Assembly (NCBI GenBank): GCA_963664115.2
Contig: CAXWPJ010000012.1
Span: 448,001-512,000, forward strand
From: Terriglobia bacterium
Lineage (GTDB): Bacteria > Acidobacteriota > Terriglobia > 20CM-2-55-15
Reading direction: 5' to 3'
DNA length: 64,000 nucleotides
Notes under the pieces: model-generated
Database searches by the model: none
What the model saw: only the letters and a program-made list of their open reading frames with translations
What the model was told of the DNA's origin: nothing
Shown here: one piece after another, positions 62,846 through 64,000 of the stretch
Numbering within the stretch: the stretch's first letter is position 1
Layout of the letters: the number at the start of each line of letters is the position of its first letter
Position numbers and translations under genes: made by a program

Positions 62846-63119
62846 CGCCGTTCGCTGTCACATCATGGAGGGCACCCCACACCGAGCGATCGTGCCTTCG
62901 GCTAATCATGACACCACACGTTACGCATTCGACAAACCGGTTCCGTCACAGCAAGCCGAAATTCAGTAGGTTTTAAAATTCAGGGATCGATGAATGTGGA
63001 GATCATAATTACTGACAAACCGATCGGTGAGGATGGATACTTCATGGAACGGCCCTCCCGAAGGGCATGGACCGACAACTTTATCGGGCGGACTGGTGTG
63101 CAAGCCGAAGGAGTTCCAT

Positions 63120-64000
63120 ATGGAAAATGAAGAAATCCGAGGCGAGGGGAAACGCCTTGAGGCGAAAGACCTGTCTCCGGAAGTCATGAGGTTCGTCGAC
63201 AATTACATTCACGGCTTCATCGATCGCCGCGCGTTTCTTGACGGCGTAGGGAAGCTGGCGTTGGCCGGTTTGACCGCTCTAGCGATACTCGATGCGTTTA
63301 CCCCAAACTATGCTGCGGGTCAAATTACCGCGGCAAACGACCCGCGAGTTTGGACCGAGTATTTGCAGTTTGCTTCCCCCGAGGGCCACCGGGGGATGGG
63401 CGGGTATTTCGCACGACCTGCAGATGCTCCGGCCCCGCTGCCGGGCGTCGTCTGTATCCATGGCGGCCAAGGCCTCTACGCGCATCACGAAGACATCGCC
63501 CGACGCGCAGCACTCGAGGGTTTCGTGGCCTTCGCACCGGACGCGATAGCTCCACTTGGGGGACATCCCGGTACGCGTGAGGGGGCGCAGGCGCTGATGG
63601 CTCAGTTGGATCCCGATAAGAGAACCGAGGACTTCATCGCCGCCGTGAATTTCTTAAGGAATCATTCGGCGACGACTAATAGAATCGGAGTCGTGGGCTT
63701 CTGTTGGGGCGGAGGCATGGTGAACAGTCTCGCTGTACGGATGCCGGACCTCGATGCGGCCGTGTCTTACTATGGCGTGCAGCCCGAGGCGACAGAGGTT
63801 TCGAAGATCAGAACTCCCTTGTTGCTTCACTATGCCGGACTGGATGAACGTGTAAACGCGGGATGGCCGGTGTACGAGGCTGCTCTCCGAGCGGCGGGAA
63901 CAGACTACAGGGCCTACATGTATGAAGGTGCCCAACATAACTTCAACGGCGATACGGACGACCTCCGCTACAACAAGGCGGCGGCGGATCTCGCCTGGCA
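63120..64000 (+). CDS. Dienelactone hydrolase (YghX-like), runs off the window
   Basis: Translated by hand: AAGGAG RBS; YIHGFIDRRAFL, GVVGFCWGGG, LHYAGLDERVN. Confidence 0.85.
   Translation, partial: MENEEIRGEGKRLEAKDLSPEVMRFVDNYIHGFIDRRAFLDGVGKLALAGLTALAILDAFTPNYAAGQITAANDPRVWTEYLQFASPEGHRGMGGYFARPADAPAPLPGVVCIHGGQGLYAHHEDIARRAALEGFVAFAPDAIAPLGGHPGTREGAQALMAQLDPDKRTEDFIAAVNFLRNHSATTNRIGVVGFCWGGGMVNSLAVRMPDLDAAVSYYGVQPEATEVSKIRTPLLLHYAGLDERVNAGWPVYEAALRAAGTDYRAYMYEGAQHNFNGDTDDLRYNKAAADLAW

Overview
Bacterial DNA of roughly 58-60% GC (estimated by eye). Gene content suggests Acidobacteriota, which is an inference. 1-10 kb: secreted and periplasmic enzymes and cytochromes, plus an IS1380. 10.6-14.9 kb: a three-gene putative surface-modification locus. 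15-32 kb: a sulfur-assimilation region with tauE-cysH-cysD-cysN followed by an ArsC-like selenoprotein missed by the ORF track (UxxC), a divergent sulfite reductase operon, two tandem SAM-II riboswitches each with its own terminator ahead of a thrC-like gene and a MoaD/ThiS sulfur carrier, cysG, and hemD split by an IS3. 32-38 kb: transporters and an OmpA protein. 38.9-64 kb: a mosaic region built on about nine same-orientation copies, some partial, of a unit made of the 3' stub of a Ser/Thr kinase-beta-propeller gene, a ~34-bp palindrome, a promoter and a 5' kinase stub. Unrelated cargo genes (DUF6152-like proteins, hydrolases, a TenA/CADD-like protein, an outer-membrane protein) sit where the kinase bodies should be. 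No intact kinase remains. This cassette-like array is the best candidate for an undescribed system. The window also has an integrase+IS91-like element, an IS30 inserted in the centre of one palindrome, and a second IS1380. All family calls are from motif recognition, not database searches.
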